A DNA stretch of 64,000 nt. Source: Epiperipatus broadwayi. Taxonomy: Eukaryota; Animalia; Onychophora. Position 1 is the stretch's first letter. Each line of letters starts with the position of its first letter. The notes under the pieces are model-generated. The model was not told the DNA's origin and searched no databases. It was given only the letters and a program-made list of their open reading frames with translations. Shown here piece after piece: positions 12,420 through 25,851 of the stretch. The stretch lies in the NCBI GenBank assembly GCA_028023455.1, contig JAQFVV010000003.1, forward strand, positions 3,968,001 through 4,032,000, in the 5' to 3' direction. The position numbers were made by a program, and so were the translations under genes.

Positions 12420-13041
12420 AGTAATATATATAAAATACATATTTTGCGGGTTCATCCGTGTTAAAAACTTTTAATATAAATATACTGACATTTCAACTTG
12501 GTCACACAAGTCATCCACAGAGTTATAAAAGGTAGAAAGACGGTTGTAGAGGCGCTACAATCACTGATTTGAATAAAACGTTAAAATTCCACCAATGGCA
12601 AAAATGTTAAATTTAGGAATGTTTTTTAAAAAAATCTTTCCAAATAGGAGGAAGTTTGCAAGTATCATCTCGCTTATTGATACAATCTGGCCTTTTAAGT
12701 ATCTCAATGGCTTCTCTAATTTTGCACTGGTAGAGATTATCACATCTGGATATGATCCTGGTACTAGAAAAATCAATTTTATGACCTGAATCTATAGTAT
12801 GAAGTGAGAGTGCTGATGATGATGAGTGTTGTTTAATTGCATTAGCATGCTCATCTCTCCTAACACTGATGCGACGATTACTCATACCTATGTAAGAAGC
12901 TTTAAAATTTTTACATGAGATTTGATATATATATAGAATACACATTGCATGTATTTTTAAATATATACATGCACACACACATTTTGAATTTTCGTAATAT
13001 ATAAAATTATTTATTTTCTTGTCTTTTGAGATTGAAAACAA
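12420..13041 (-). mobile_element. Penelope-like element 3' fragment (GIY-YIG endonuclease plus terminal repeat region)
   Basis: ORF 12613..13041: IYQISC..ASYIG.SNRRISVRRDEH...SALSLHTIDSGHKIDF...KIREAIEI...IN, a typical PLE GIY-YIG domain. A hammerhead-like motif lies 3' of it. Confidence 0.88.
12484..12523 (-). ncRNA. Degenerate minimal hammerhead ribozyme motif
   Basis: ACU-CUGUGGA-U-GACUUG/UGUGAC/CAAGUU-GAAA-UGUC-AGU: stem I ACU/AGU, 6-bp stem II, GUC triplet. Core A6 is changed to U, and the other changes look like CpG decay. Confidence 0.7.
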
Positions 13042-13045
13042 TTAT

Positions 13046-16000
13046 TAATAGATGATGATGGTCATTCTAATTCCAAAAATAGAAAGGAGAGGAAAAAATC
13101 TAGAAATAAGTTCATTTTTGTGTTTGCTTAGTATTTTATTATGTCTTATTTTTTTCAGCAGAAAATTTTTCTTTCTGAAATATTTTTAACATTATGTCTA
13201 ATCTTAACTCTCCAATATATTTATCTTTTGCCATATCTTTCCGATGGAAACAATTGGCATTGCATTTCCTTAAAATATCTTTGAGATAATCCTTATAATG
13301 TAGTCAGGTTCTACTTATCCCATGAAAACTGTGCTCAAGTTCATCAGAAAACACCCTTTTAGGAAGTCTTGTATTATTCATTCATTTTATATGTTCAATC
13401 CAATGAAGATGTGATTTTACAGTAACAGATTCTAGTCATATCCAGCAAGTTGATTGGTTTTATAATCGTGTCATAATATTTTTAAAATTTTATGGAGCAT
13501 CATTAAGTAAAACTTTTTATTGGCTTTTTCCAATGATAAAATATTCTATCTTCTAATATTTTAAAAACAGCAGCAGCACATTGGAGCCTGTGTTGTATGC
13601 AATATCTAAATTCATTTTTCTATTTTATAAAAGTACCAAAGTAAAACTGGTTCATCTTCTCAAGTTGATAAGCATATAGGCTAAAAATTTCTGAGGATTT
13701 TTTTTTCATCACTGACTGATAAAAAATTTGAGTTTTTAAAAAAAATAATTAATAAACCCAAATCTTTATATGTTGCATTCAAAACATTAAGTATATTCTG
13801 TAAATTGTCTTTTGAATTGGCAAAAATCATACAATCACCATCATATTGTAAATCCAAGAAAGAGTTTTTGTTTTCACTTTTAATTGATTCAAATTAAAAG
13901 TTCCACATACTTGTAACTTGATTCCTGTTAGCATAAATTGCCTATAGACAATTCTCAAACCTACTACTGTCATAAAAATTGAAACAATGTCGGAACAAGT
14001 ACACATTTTTGTATAATACGGGTTTTCATTTCAATTATTTCAGATTTTCCACATACAGTAATAACACTTTCTTTTATTTCATCATGAAAAAATTGTACAA
14101 TATGAATATATTTGATGGATGACCAATTAATTTCAAACAATGTGACAGGCCTCCCTTATTGCCTGGCAACAAAAATCATGTCTATGGTACTTCTTGATTC
14201 ACTAAAACCATGCATTCTCTGGTAACCATTTCAACATATTCAACAAAACTTTTGAAAATATCTTCATAGTAGTGAATAATAATGATATTCTATGCTCTTG
14301 TTTTTCAAAATTGGAATGATAAAGGCATCCTTAAGATTGAATGGCATAATTGTAAGTCAATATATTTCTATATCTTTGAAACAAATATCTATATTGTATT
14401 TTAAAACTTCTCCAGGTATTTCATCAGGACCTACAGCTTTTTCATTTTTATGATCACAAAAGATGTTTTAATTTTATTAAGCTGTATATCTTTGTTCAAT
14501 TCTAAATGATTTGATCAAATAAATCTATCATTAAAAATTATCTTTTCAAATCTTGTATAAAAAATGATCAAAACGTTTCTTCCAACCATTCAAAATATTG
14601 CAATCATATCAGAGAGTGTCGTTGCTTTATTTAATAGGCTTGTGATACAATTTTTTAGATCTATAAGTTCTTTTTAATGAAAAGATCTAGAATGATCACA
14701 ATCAGCAGATGTTTATTTCCACAATTTTGATCCAATCATTTTTAAGCCTTCTCAAAACTATCATTGAAGTTCTATCTTCAGATCTTTATATTTGTTGTGA
14801 AGTATCACAATCTATTGTTCTGCCAAGCAGAAAATGTCACATTTCCTTTTAATCAATTCACTAATAATACCTATGTCAGAAAACCAGTCATGATTCTTCT
14901 TTTTACTGAAACCAAGAATTGATTAACTTATATCCATACCATATTCCTTAAGAGAATTCGATGCTTCAGGAATATGACAGGCTTGAAGATCCAAATTAAC
15001 AATTTTAGTGTTTAATGGCTATTGAAATTGTGTGTGCATAGTAGATAATTGTAAAAAATGAACATCAATTTTTCTGTGTGTGAGTATGATTGGAGCAAAA
15101 TCTATTTTTTTAGTGCAGCTATCATTTTCATATTCAGGATTACTAATCTATGGTAATATCTAACAAGTGTCCATGTAATAAGACATTCTCCGATATTCCA
15201 ACTCTTAACTACAATATAATCTATTAAATACCATTGTTTTGAATGAATACTTTCATATTCCTTTATAGTAGTTTTTCTGCTAAAATGATAGAATACAGCA
15301 GACCATTGGAATTCATAACATCTGTACCATTATTTCCAACAACATTTGGCCAAAGTTTCCTATTTGTACAAACATGCATATCTGAAAAGAAAAATTCAAT
15401 TTTTTAATAGCATTGCTGTAATAATGCTATTCAACAAGAAATAAAAGCTCTCTCTGAGTTGAAAATTGGAGTATATACACTAATAAAATAAGTATTGGTA
15501 TCATTATGCAAAATGAGTTTTAACAATGTTAGCTTTTCATTGGTGCAATAAATTCCAACAACAGAAAAATGCTAAATTAGACTTTATAATAATTTTAAAT
15601 TCATGCATTCTCCTTTAACTGACTGATTTACTTTTCCAAAAAAATTTGTAGCCATCTACCTATTCTATTAAACTTACTTTCTCTGAGAGATGTTTCACTA
15701 GGATTAGCTATATCAATCTTAATTCTTGACTCCTATAACCACTAATGCAGTTTTCCATTTTGATCTTGAAGAGTTTGTATCAAATAAAGTTCACATATTC
15801 CATGTACTGATATTATTCCTGCAGTGTTATTTCTACTACTGTAATGAATAATCCATCAAACTCAACAATCTATTTTTGGACAATATTTTCTAGGCCCTTC
15901 CACTATCATCACAGAATCGCCATTTCACTACCATGATAGGCAGTCATAACTTCCTATCTTACTCAAACTCACTTTCAACCTGATTCATTAATGTTTGTAT

Positions 16001-16380
16001 TGCCTTGAACAAAAATCACAACTAAGGACTATTAATCTAATAAACCTGTTCCCATCATTGCTTTTTTAATTCTTGAGAGCTTGCGCTAAAAAAAAATGGG
16101 GAAGGGGGATTAATATAAAAAATGCTATGGGTGTAGTTAAATAATGGGAATGCTGTTGCATAAATACACAATATCATTATCTTAGTTAATATAAGGAGAT
16201 ACTCTTATAGCACGAGAGACTCACAATAACTGGGCCCTACAGTAACTTAATTGACTGAAAAGGAAACAGAAAACATTGTATCAGAACAGTGCCTAGCTTT
16301 TGATGAATGATAATCCTATCCTACAAGTCAGTAGGAGCTCTGGTTGGGAACAATTTGTTATTTGCAGTTGGCCTTCATAT
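13046..16380 (-). mobile_element. Decayed near-full-length RTE (BovB-like) LINE
   Basis: Fragmented motifs in the correct order on the minus strand: NISTWNM (APE start, approx. 15800), IDIANPSET, KAVGPDEIPGE (14408-14440), HGFSESRSTIDMIFVARQ (approx. 14160-14220), RLPKRVFSDEL...YKDYLKDILRKC (approx. 13270-13400), then a (CAT)n tail near 13050. Many stops and frameshifts; the 5' boundary is approximate. Confidence 0.8.
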
Positions 16381-18129
16381 CTAAAGATTATTCCACTATC
16401 TTTTATTTGTGGAGCATATAAGTAGTCTAAGCACAGCTTTCAACATTATTAAGACTGAAAATATGTTTCTTCGTTTAATAAAAATAGAGCAATTCAAGGT
16501 GTATTTTTTAGAATATATTATTTTATACATCAGTACTATAATTTTTGAGAAGCAATAAATTGTTTGTATGCAACTTTGCACATTGCTTTTCTACATTTAT
16601 TTAAAAGTTATAGTAATATCATCGTAAATGATTACTATGATTACAACTAGTCACAGCAATCATTTTTAATCACTGCTTATAGCTTTGTCCAATTATATAT
16701 ATATATTTTAAAAGCACACTTATTTTCGCCATGTTTTTGCAAAAAGCAACTTGAGTTGAATTGACATTATGACACTATTAATACAATAATATCACTTGAA
16801 GTTTTTTATTGTTTAATGCATTTTATTATTGGTTTTGGTATTACAAATAAATATGAGATGCTAAAATAAATTAAGACTAGTTGCCATCAGCAATAACTAC
16901 ATGTAATTGTTTCATCAAATACTACTTAAACACATAAAGCAGCCATCTCAGAGAAGTTACCTGACATATGTAAGTGATAGATGTCAAAGTTAGTTTTTAA
17001 CTATTTCATCCAAGAGTTATTTGAGATCAGCTAATTTTCAGTATTTACAAGTTTTATGGTATAATGATTAGTGTATTCATCTTTTATGTTCACAACATGT
17101 TCAAATTCAAACTAAGCTTGAAAATTTTATTTCATATAGCTGAAAATTTTTTGAAGCAAGATTTTTTTTTCAGATAATGAACACAGCCCAACTATATATC
17201 CAAAACTGGTAATGAATAAATATGTAAATAACATTAAGTTTGTGATAAAATCCTAGAAAGTTTAGATATTTGATAGTAATCATTAAACAAAAATATGATT
17301 GTAATATGCATGGTTTATCTTTACTTTTTTTTTTATTGGAGCTTAGTCTTTATGCATTACGGGAACAATATTGTTACAATGTTGAAAGTTATCTTGAATG
17401 TAAAACATTTTTTACACTTTTTTTTATAACTTGCTGGATAACTCAGGTAAATGATTTCATGCATTGTCTTATTAAGATTTTTGCCAGAAGACATGCTAAG
17501 TAACTAGTTGTGAGATTGCTGTGAATCAAACAGTTTATAACACTTTATTATCATCAGGTGTAGCATGCCACTTTTTTTTATCTAATTAATACAATTTATT
17601 TTAGTCTCTCAATTTTAAAGCTAAAATTTAAATAAATATGGTAGATCTATTAGATGAACATAGGGTGGATCTTTCAGAATATGGCTTGGGACAGAAAATA
17701 AACATTTATATAGACTTTACTATTATGCTGTAACAAAAATGACTTTGAGCTACTGTTAAACAATTGTGTTTGTCATAAACATTTCAGACGTATATATGAA
17801 GTAAATATCTTTTTAGACGTAAAAAAAAGTGAATAGTTTCTCTCAAGCACTAGCTCTTAAATACAGTCAGTTGCTTCTGAGATCAAGATATTTCTTCTTT
17901 ATTTTCAATCATTAACAATTCTATCATCACATGTATTCAAAAATGCATGTATCATTAATTATAAATTGCTTATTTAAAATTATTTAAGTAATTCTTTTTA
18001 ATGTAAATAATACAAATTTTAATAATGAATTTTAATTAAAGCCTTTTTTAAAAAAAAACTGATCTGTTTAAAATTGATATTACTTTAGAATATTGTTTAT
18101 TTAGAAGTAATACTCTAATAATTAAAGAA

Positions 18130-18560
18130 ACTGCCTCGCCCAAAAGTTTGGAAAGTATTATACCAATCAGGTATAGGAAAATTGTTTATTGATATGTAAG
18201 GCATATAAGAGTGAACAAAGTACAGCAAATTCTAAAGGCATGTGTGCATCAAACAGAAATCCCTATGTAGAGATATTTATTCATGGGCCAAGTAGTTACT
18301 CTTGTACATCAGTCCAAAACAGTTGGAGATAAGAAGCAGGATACACTCTTATAGAATAACCGATGCAGGCAGATATTGTCTTAAAAAGTAGGAATAGTAC
18401 AACTGTAACCTACTACATAAGCATTTGGTAGGTTAAAGGAATCAATGGATGTACCATTTATAAATCAGAAGTGGGGTAAAGGTCAGCAAATATAAGTTTT
18501 TTTGTACTAACAGAACTCCATTAAAATAGTAACATCATGCATGTTCCATGCTAAATCGTT
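18130..18560 (+). mobile_element. Highly decayed LINE reverse-transcriptase fragment
   Basis: LPRPKVWKVLYQSGIGKLFIDM resembles the RT segment following the KAYD motif; the rest is disrupted. Confidence 0.35.
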
Positions 18561-19899
18561 TTATTTAGTCATTAACAACCTTCAAATCTATTGATGGCAA
18601 TCATAGCTCTGATTTAGCTATGGCTTACAGTTCTTTTACTAGTACCAGATATCTAGATGTAATATCAGTTGTGATCATTGCTAATATAAGCTTAAAAGTA
18701 TCTTGAAAGTTCATACCTGAAATTTCACTAGTAGCTATCTTGTTAATGATTAGTGAAGTGATATTTAGATATTCTTGATTAAAGAGTAAAACATTAAAGA
18801 AAAATCATAAAAACTTAATCCCTTGACTGATCTCATAATTTCCTCTATAAAGATATTCTCGAAAAGTCTCTTTTGCAATTGATTATTTAATACTGTTTTC
18901 CCCTTTTTTATGCCTATAATATATCCTTAAACCAAATGCATTATTTTACATTTTTAATAGTTACTATCTTTTTATTTTTTTCATTTCATCACTCAGAAAG
19001 CAGTATTATTTTATTCTTCCAATTTTACAGTTCAACAATTGGTATCTGCCCCCCCCCCCCAAACTGCTACATCTAAATCTAATGGACCACTCCAGTGTTT
19101 CTTACACTTTTCATAATGCAACCCCTTTTTGTCCCATTATTAAACAACACATAATTAAAGTAATATACACAGGAGTTTTCTACTCTGCTAAATAGGAAAT
19201 TAGATTATATATTGTAATAGAATGGGTCCTGGCCTTGCATAGCAGTATACTTGATAGGCCATCAGAGTGAAAGACAATGTGTATCTAGAGTTCCTAAATT
19301 TATAGGCTCAGAACCACCCTGATTTCAATCTGAAAAGATGACATGTTAACATACAAACCTATATCAAATATCTCTATGTATATTCATCTCTCTTCATCCC
19401 TAAATTCTATTTATACCACAATATGAGCTTAGGGATAATACACATAATATTCTACTTCAGAGAATATTCATATTATTACTTTTATTGTACAAGCATGTGA
19501 AAAATTGATAAATGAATAAAGACAAACACAAACGGTCAGCTTTAATTTGAAATCATGTGTTTAATAAATTTATTCACAATTATTACAACTTATTTAATGA
19601 AAGATTATAACAAAAGCAATTAATTTGTTTAGATATCTATGATTATTCTTTGATTAATACAGTTGATATTTATTAATCCAATCACTTTTCTCCTCAAAGT
19701 GTAATCATTCAATATCAATACTAACAAAAAGTAATAAAGCTTATTATTTATTTATATATATTTGCTTGCTAATTTAGACTAGTAAAATGATAATTCGTTG
19801 TCTCCAACATATTTATTGATTAATTCATATTAAACAACATAGTGGTGGGTCTGGGATCTCCTCTTTCTAATATAATTTGTTTCTATAATGATAGAAAAG

Positions 19900-20900
19900 A
19901 CCATTCATGCTAGAAGTTTTTAATCATGTATACTGAAAAAAACAAGTAAATGACAAAATTATTAATATCAACAAACAAACAACAAATAACTGTACAAGTG
20001 TTGGTGTTTAATGTTGGAAAGTATGAAGTCTTACCTCTAACCCTGGTGATGATCAAGTTCATCCACAAGCCAGTTCATGCCTGACCCTATATTTTATTTA
20101 AACTTGAGCTAATAATATTTTTCCCATTTCTAATATATCAAGAATTTATATCCCCCTCAATCTATGGTAAAGGAAAGAAAAAAACAGATACATAAAATTA
20201 ATTATATGATGTCAACCTAAGATCAATTAAGAGTCTATAAAGGAAAATGCCCTAAAAGGATTGTGGGTATCCTTATTTCTACAGTTCATGATCCAATGGG
20301 TTGAGTTCAAATGTTCTAGAACATGCACAATGTTAATCTGAATTTCTCTTTTCTGTGTACTATGCCTTGAGTTGTAAGTTCACATTCATGTAGTAAAATT
20401 GGTAGTGTCTTCAGCATAGATGCTGTCTCAAGTCAAATTCAGTTTTAGTAGTTACAGCTCCATGAGTGATGCCTCCCTTTTCATGAAGTAACTTTATACT
20501 TTGCAGTGCATAATTATGTGTCTCCCTATATATGTAGTTGATCAAAGTCCTTGAGTTTGTTGAATAGCTAGATATTGATTGGAGTTGGTATAATTCTGGA
20601 TGAAGATTGAAAATGCTCTTGAAGTATCAAATAAATTTAAAGTTATTTCTGGAAATTGTAATTAAAAATCCCCTAGTTTGCTGAATTTGAAACCATCCAC
20701 TTTTATTTTAGCTTTTATCCATATTTGATGAGATATTCTCATTTAAGGTTTTTACTTTGATGGCTACAGACCTTACTCTTCAAATGACAAGTTCAATTGT
20801 GGCTTACAAAGTATACATGTTGATTAGTCAACAAGAGTTTCTGATCTGATTTTTGAAAAGAAGGTCGTTTGTATACGAGGTTGTTCTTTTTAGTGTTAAT
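19900..20900 (-). mobile_element. Highly decayed RTE-type LINE 3' fragment
   Basis: Remnant PILLHECELT (cf. PVLLYGSETWT) plus an FKYLGS-like remnant; otherwise disrupted. Confidence 0.35.
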
Positions 20901-23900
20901 TTGACGCTTTTAAATAGTTCAAGTTCATGCATTGAGTTGATTATTTACTTCATATGTTACAATTTATATATTTATGGTGGATTAATAGTAATAAAATTTT
21001 CTTTATTATTTCTTTCTTTTATGTTTTTATGATTTTATTGCTCGAGTCTAAATTTGATCATCTTTTTTCTTATATTGTTGTAATGTGTATATATTAAACA
21101 ATAGTTAATGAAAGGTTTTTATAATATAGATAAATTAAGTTTGCAGTTTAGTTTGGATTATATATTTTATCACATGTTTGTTTAATACTTAACTAAATAA
21201 ACAATTAAATATGGATTGTGCACATTTTTTTTTAAGTACGTTTTATTTGGGTAATATTTTCTTTATACATATAACGTATTTTGCATTACATAGAGAGAAT
21301 ATTGTTATTGTGGTTACTGGTGTTGAAGTAGACAAGGGTGTTTAATGGCTCTTAGTGGGGTGAAAGATCACATCTTCCAATATATAATGTATAAATTAAA
21401 TAGAGAGCACCTCTGTGCATTTAATATTTGTTATATATATATATCATAACATTGAAATCATATTCCTTTACACATTCTTTTGTTTCTAAATTTATTGCCT
21501 CACCTTTCATTATAAATATGTTCAATTTCATACTTTGTTATCACATTAGCAAACTACTATTCTATCATTTATGAATTAATAATGTGAAATTAAATTATGT
21601 ACTTTTATAATAGATTAATCCATCTTAACCTGATGAAATACTGGGATTGTAATACAGGAATGCCTAAATTATCAAGAACACCAAAACTTAAGATTTAAAA
21701 ACAAGAAATTTTTGTTTTTAATTTTCCTTTTTTTTTTTTTAGCTTTCACTCATTCTTTTTTAATATATATAGAAGTGCATACTATTTCTCCTAGCCTTTA
21801 AGAATTTTCTGCAAAAGACAACAGAGCTTCACAAGAATTCATATATCACATGTTAAAAAGCATTGCTTTATATTGTTAAATTATTTATTAAATTACAAAT
21901 ATATGAAAGAGTTAAAGAGGTATTCTTGTTCCACTAAATATAATAATATGTAATTAGAGAGCATTTTTGTGTAGTAAATCATTGTTTTAATTGCATATAT
22001 ATAAATCACAAGACAATTTTAAATGCTAACAATATTTTGCACATACCTTTATCTCTAGATTTAGTTCCCTCATCTTAAGTAACAGCTTTTTTCAATTCTC
22101 ATCATATTAATATTAATTCACTGATATTTGTAAAAAAACTTCTTTTGTTTTTCCATTTATATATTAACATATATAATAAAATTTAATATATAATAACTTC
22201 TTTCTTTTTTGAATAGGGAAATTTTATTCTTATGATTGTAATTAAGATTTCATCTAAACCTCATTAGTCATATTCAGAATTAGTTATAAAGAAAGTTTGT
22301 AAAATTGAAGATAATAAACAATAAAGTAACCATAAAACATTAATACTTTATGAAAAATTCCCAAAATTTTAAATTCCAAATTATATATCTATTTACAAAT
22401 ATATCCATTGTACCATCCTGCATTAGACTTTATGATAGGCATTATCATATAAAAAAAATATGGTTTAAAATCCTTAAGTGATTTTTTATCTTAAATTTTG
22501 GAGTTATTATAGACACACCCAAATAAAAACTAGCAATCCATGATTTGTTTCCCTTTTATCATTTTAAAAGTAATTCACAATTTATTTTTCATTTCATATT
22601 TAAAAAAATAATACATATAAATTTAAAATTTTATTATAAAACTTTATAAATGTAAAAATGTGTATATTTTAATAATAGCTACAGTAATGTTTTGTCTATC
22701 CATGCATTTTAAAAATAATAGGTTTAGGTAAATATGTTACATTCTCACATGTGTGTAATACATATATGTGCATACATGTTTGGATTATTGCTTAAATATG
22801 ATATTATCATATAAATTTTAAATTGTGAATGATGGTTATCTAAAAATATTTTTGTAATAATCTTTTAAAACACAAAAATATTTTATTTTAAAGAAAAGAT
22901 TTACAATTGTTTTGTTTTTATTTTATTTTAAAATATTATTTTTTTTTTTAAAATATAAAAGAAATATTTTTAGAGACACTGGTTTTATTCAAATGAACTC
23001 TAATTAAAGTGCAATATTTATCTTTTAAGTAAAATGTATAAATTTTGAGTTTTTATTGTTGTTAACAATTGTATCCAAGGATAATGAGCAAAAACTACAT
23101 CAATGAAAAAATATAAATTTACTCATGCTTTCATTTCAGTATTTTTTTTACTTGATTGTCTCTATATATATTATGTATATCAATTACATTAATTAACACT
23201 GGTTTTCACAATAAATATTTTTTTAAAAAAAGTGGTATATATATTTAATTTAAAATGTCTTATCTGAACTATAATATAAGGAAAATTGACATTAGCTTCA
23301 AAGACAACTTAGTCTTTGAAAGAAACCTGAAATAACCACTAAAATTGAATTTTTTTCAAGCATTCTGAAAGAAAATTTTGTTAAAATGTTTGTTTAAAAC
23401 ATCTGAGTTAATACTTATGTGTTTAATATGTGTGCCAATAAATTAATATTTTTCCAAGAATAAAATATAATAAGTAATAACTTGTTAAATGGAATAATTA
23501 TAAATTTTAAAAAAAGGCTGGAAATGTTTAACTTGCTATGTGAGCTGATATATTATGCATTTATATATTTGTTGCTAACCAAGAAAATAAATAGTATTGT
23601 TAAGGATTATGATTTCAACTGGATAACCACTTAATCATTTTTTAAAAAGGATTAATAAATAATTGTTACTTAACATTAATTACAGTGTGAAATCTGGCCA
23701 GTAATTATTAATAATTATCTTGTTGAATAAACTATGATAATTTTAAAAGAAAAAACACCTTTAAAATTGTTATTGTTCACAATATCATATTTAATTGTTT
23801 TTCTTATTGATTTTCAATCAAAAAACCAAAAGTAATTCAAAGGCTAAAGAACTTTTGTATATAAATATTTGTTATAATATTCAAGTAGATTGTATTTTTT

Positions 23901-25811
23901 TTTTATTTAATATTTGATTTAAGATTGTTTTTGTTTTAAAAAAAGCATTTAACATATATATATATAAGAGTGAACATATAAATGTATAACTAATCAAAAG
24001 AAAATCTTAATACTCTAAATTTATATTTAAGTAATCATAATATATTTTATTTAATAATTTGTTTTGTTTGCTGATAAATGCTCAGTAGGCAAACTGTAAC
24101 AAATTATTATTTCTTTTATATATGTCATATATATTATCTATTGGAGACAATAGATAAATGAATATTTTTTGTAGTTTGAGGAATAATGTCTTTCATTATC
24201 TTATAGTTTAAACATATAATATTCTATAATACATTAAATTAAATTATTACACCATATTTATTAATTTTTATTATTAATTTTGTAAATAAAATTATTATTA
24301 TTTATTAAATTTGAGTTAAAAGTCTTATTAAAATTAATAAATGTATGATATAGTAATCATAATTTAGAATCTCATTGCAAACATAAACATATAAAAATCC
24401 AATTAGAAAATAATATAAATTTTATTCCTATACTAAAGTTCAGTTGTGAATATAAATGAGTCTAATGTTTTATAAACATCCATTGGCAAACAATCTAGTT
24501 AATAAACTATTATAATAAAATTTTATATAATCATTAAGCTTAATAACTTTATTCATTCTTGAATATAGTACAAATTTACCACATGGTAATGAAAAGATTA
24601 CTTATGAATGAGTATCATTACAAATTATTAATATATCTAACATAATTTTTAAATATATTAATTTATATTGTGTAAAGAATATTGGTGACCAATCAGATTG
24701 ATACTCCTAGTTTATAAAAATTATTCATAAATTTTAAATATTATTCCAATATAAATTTTTGGATTATTTTATTAATAGAGCTTACTTAACCTTTGCTCAT
24801 TTTATTCCATTACAGATTTGGTTTATTTAACTTGTACAGCACTATTAATTTTAATTAGCCTATTTACATATTATCGATTTCAGCTTTATATAATTCATAG
24901 ATATATAAAAGTAAATCCATATTATCAGTTTATTTTATTATAGATTGTAGTATTCATATGTGTTAGTATTTTATTATAATAAAAGATTAATTACATTTTT
25001 CCTTATTTTGTTCTGTTATGGATTTAGCTTGCTCAAAGATTTCAGGCATTAATAAGAAGAATTCTCATTTTATAGCAGTACAGATTTGGCATTCAGAGTT
25101 AGGGCATATAAATAGAGTCTTTTTCTCTTAATAATTTTTCATTCCATTACAGATTGAGCATCCATAATTTGGGCATGTAACAAAGCCCTCTCATTGTTCT
25201 TTATTTATCATTACATTATATATAAATATTCAAATACATAAATATGCAAATATATGTGTATCACTTGAAATATAAATCCCATCATTGATTATATATAAAT
25301 CAATGCTTCTAAATATCAGTCATATGACAAATGAAAAATAAGTAACATTTTCATCCTCTTTCCAAGATCTTACGTGGACATAAATTAGAACAATGATAAC
25401 TATAAAATGAATATCAAATCAACCCAAATGTAATTGAACCTTCATTTGAATTTCCTTAAATTTTTAGCACTACATATTTAATATTTGATAGTTTGTTTGC
25501 AAGATTCTACCTGTGTAAATTTAAGCCAATTAAAAATGAAACTGCAATGATATCTGACTTGATATTTGATCTTAAAATTATAATTATAATTTACAATCTA
25601 TGCAAGAGTTTAGAAAATAGGTTAAAGTAGTTAATTTTTTTATTTGAAGGATGATACATGGTGATGCTGCATTAATATAATTAAAATTTGAAGGTTTATT
25701 ATTCTAAGTGTTACGTATGTTGCAATGCAATCAATTTTTATTATACATATATTAACAGTGTAAATAATAAATATAATGAAAATTAACTATTATATATAGT
25801 CTTTTAATCTT

Positions 25812-25851
25812 CAGAAATATTTTTGGTTAATTCCTTAACTCTCATCAACTG
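25812..25851 (-). ncRNA. Degenerate minimal hammerhead ribozyme motif
   Basis: CAG-UUGAUGA-G-AGUUAA/GGAA/UUAACC-AAAA-AUAU-UU-CUG: stem I CAG/CUG, stem II, palindromic AAUAUU stem III. C3 is changed to U and G12 to A. Confidence 0.6.
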
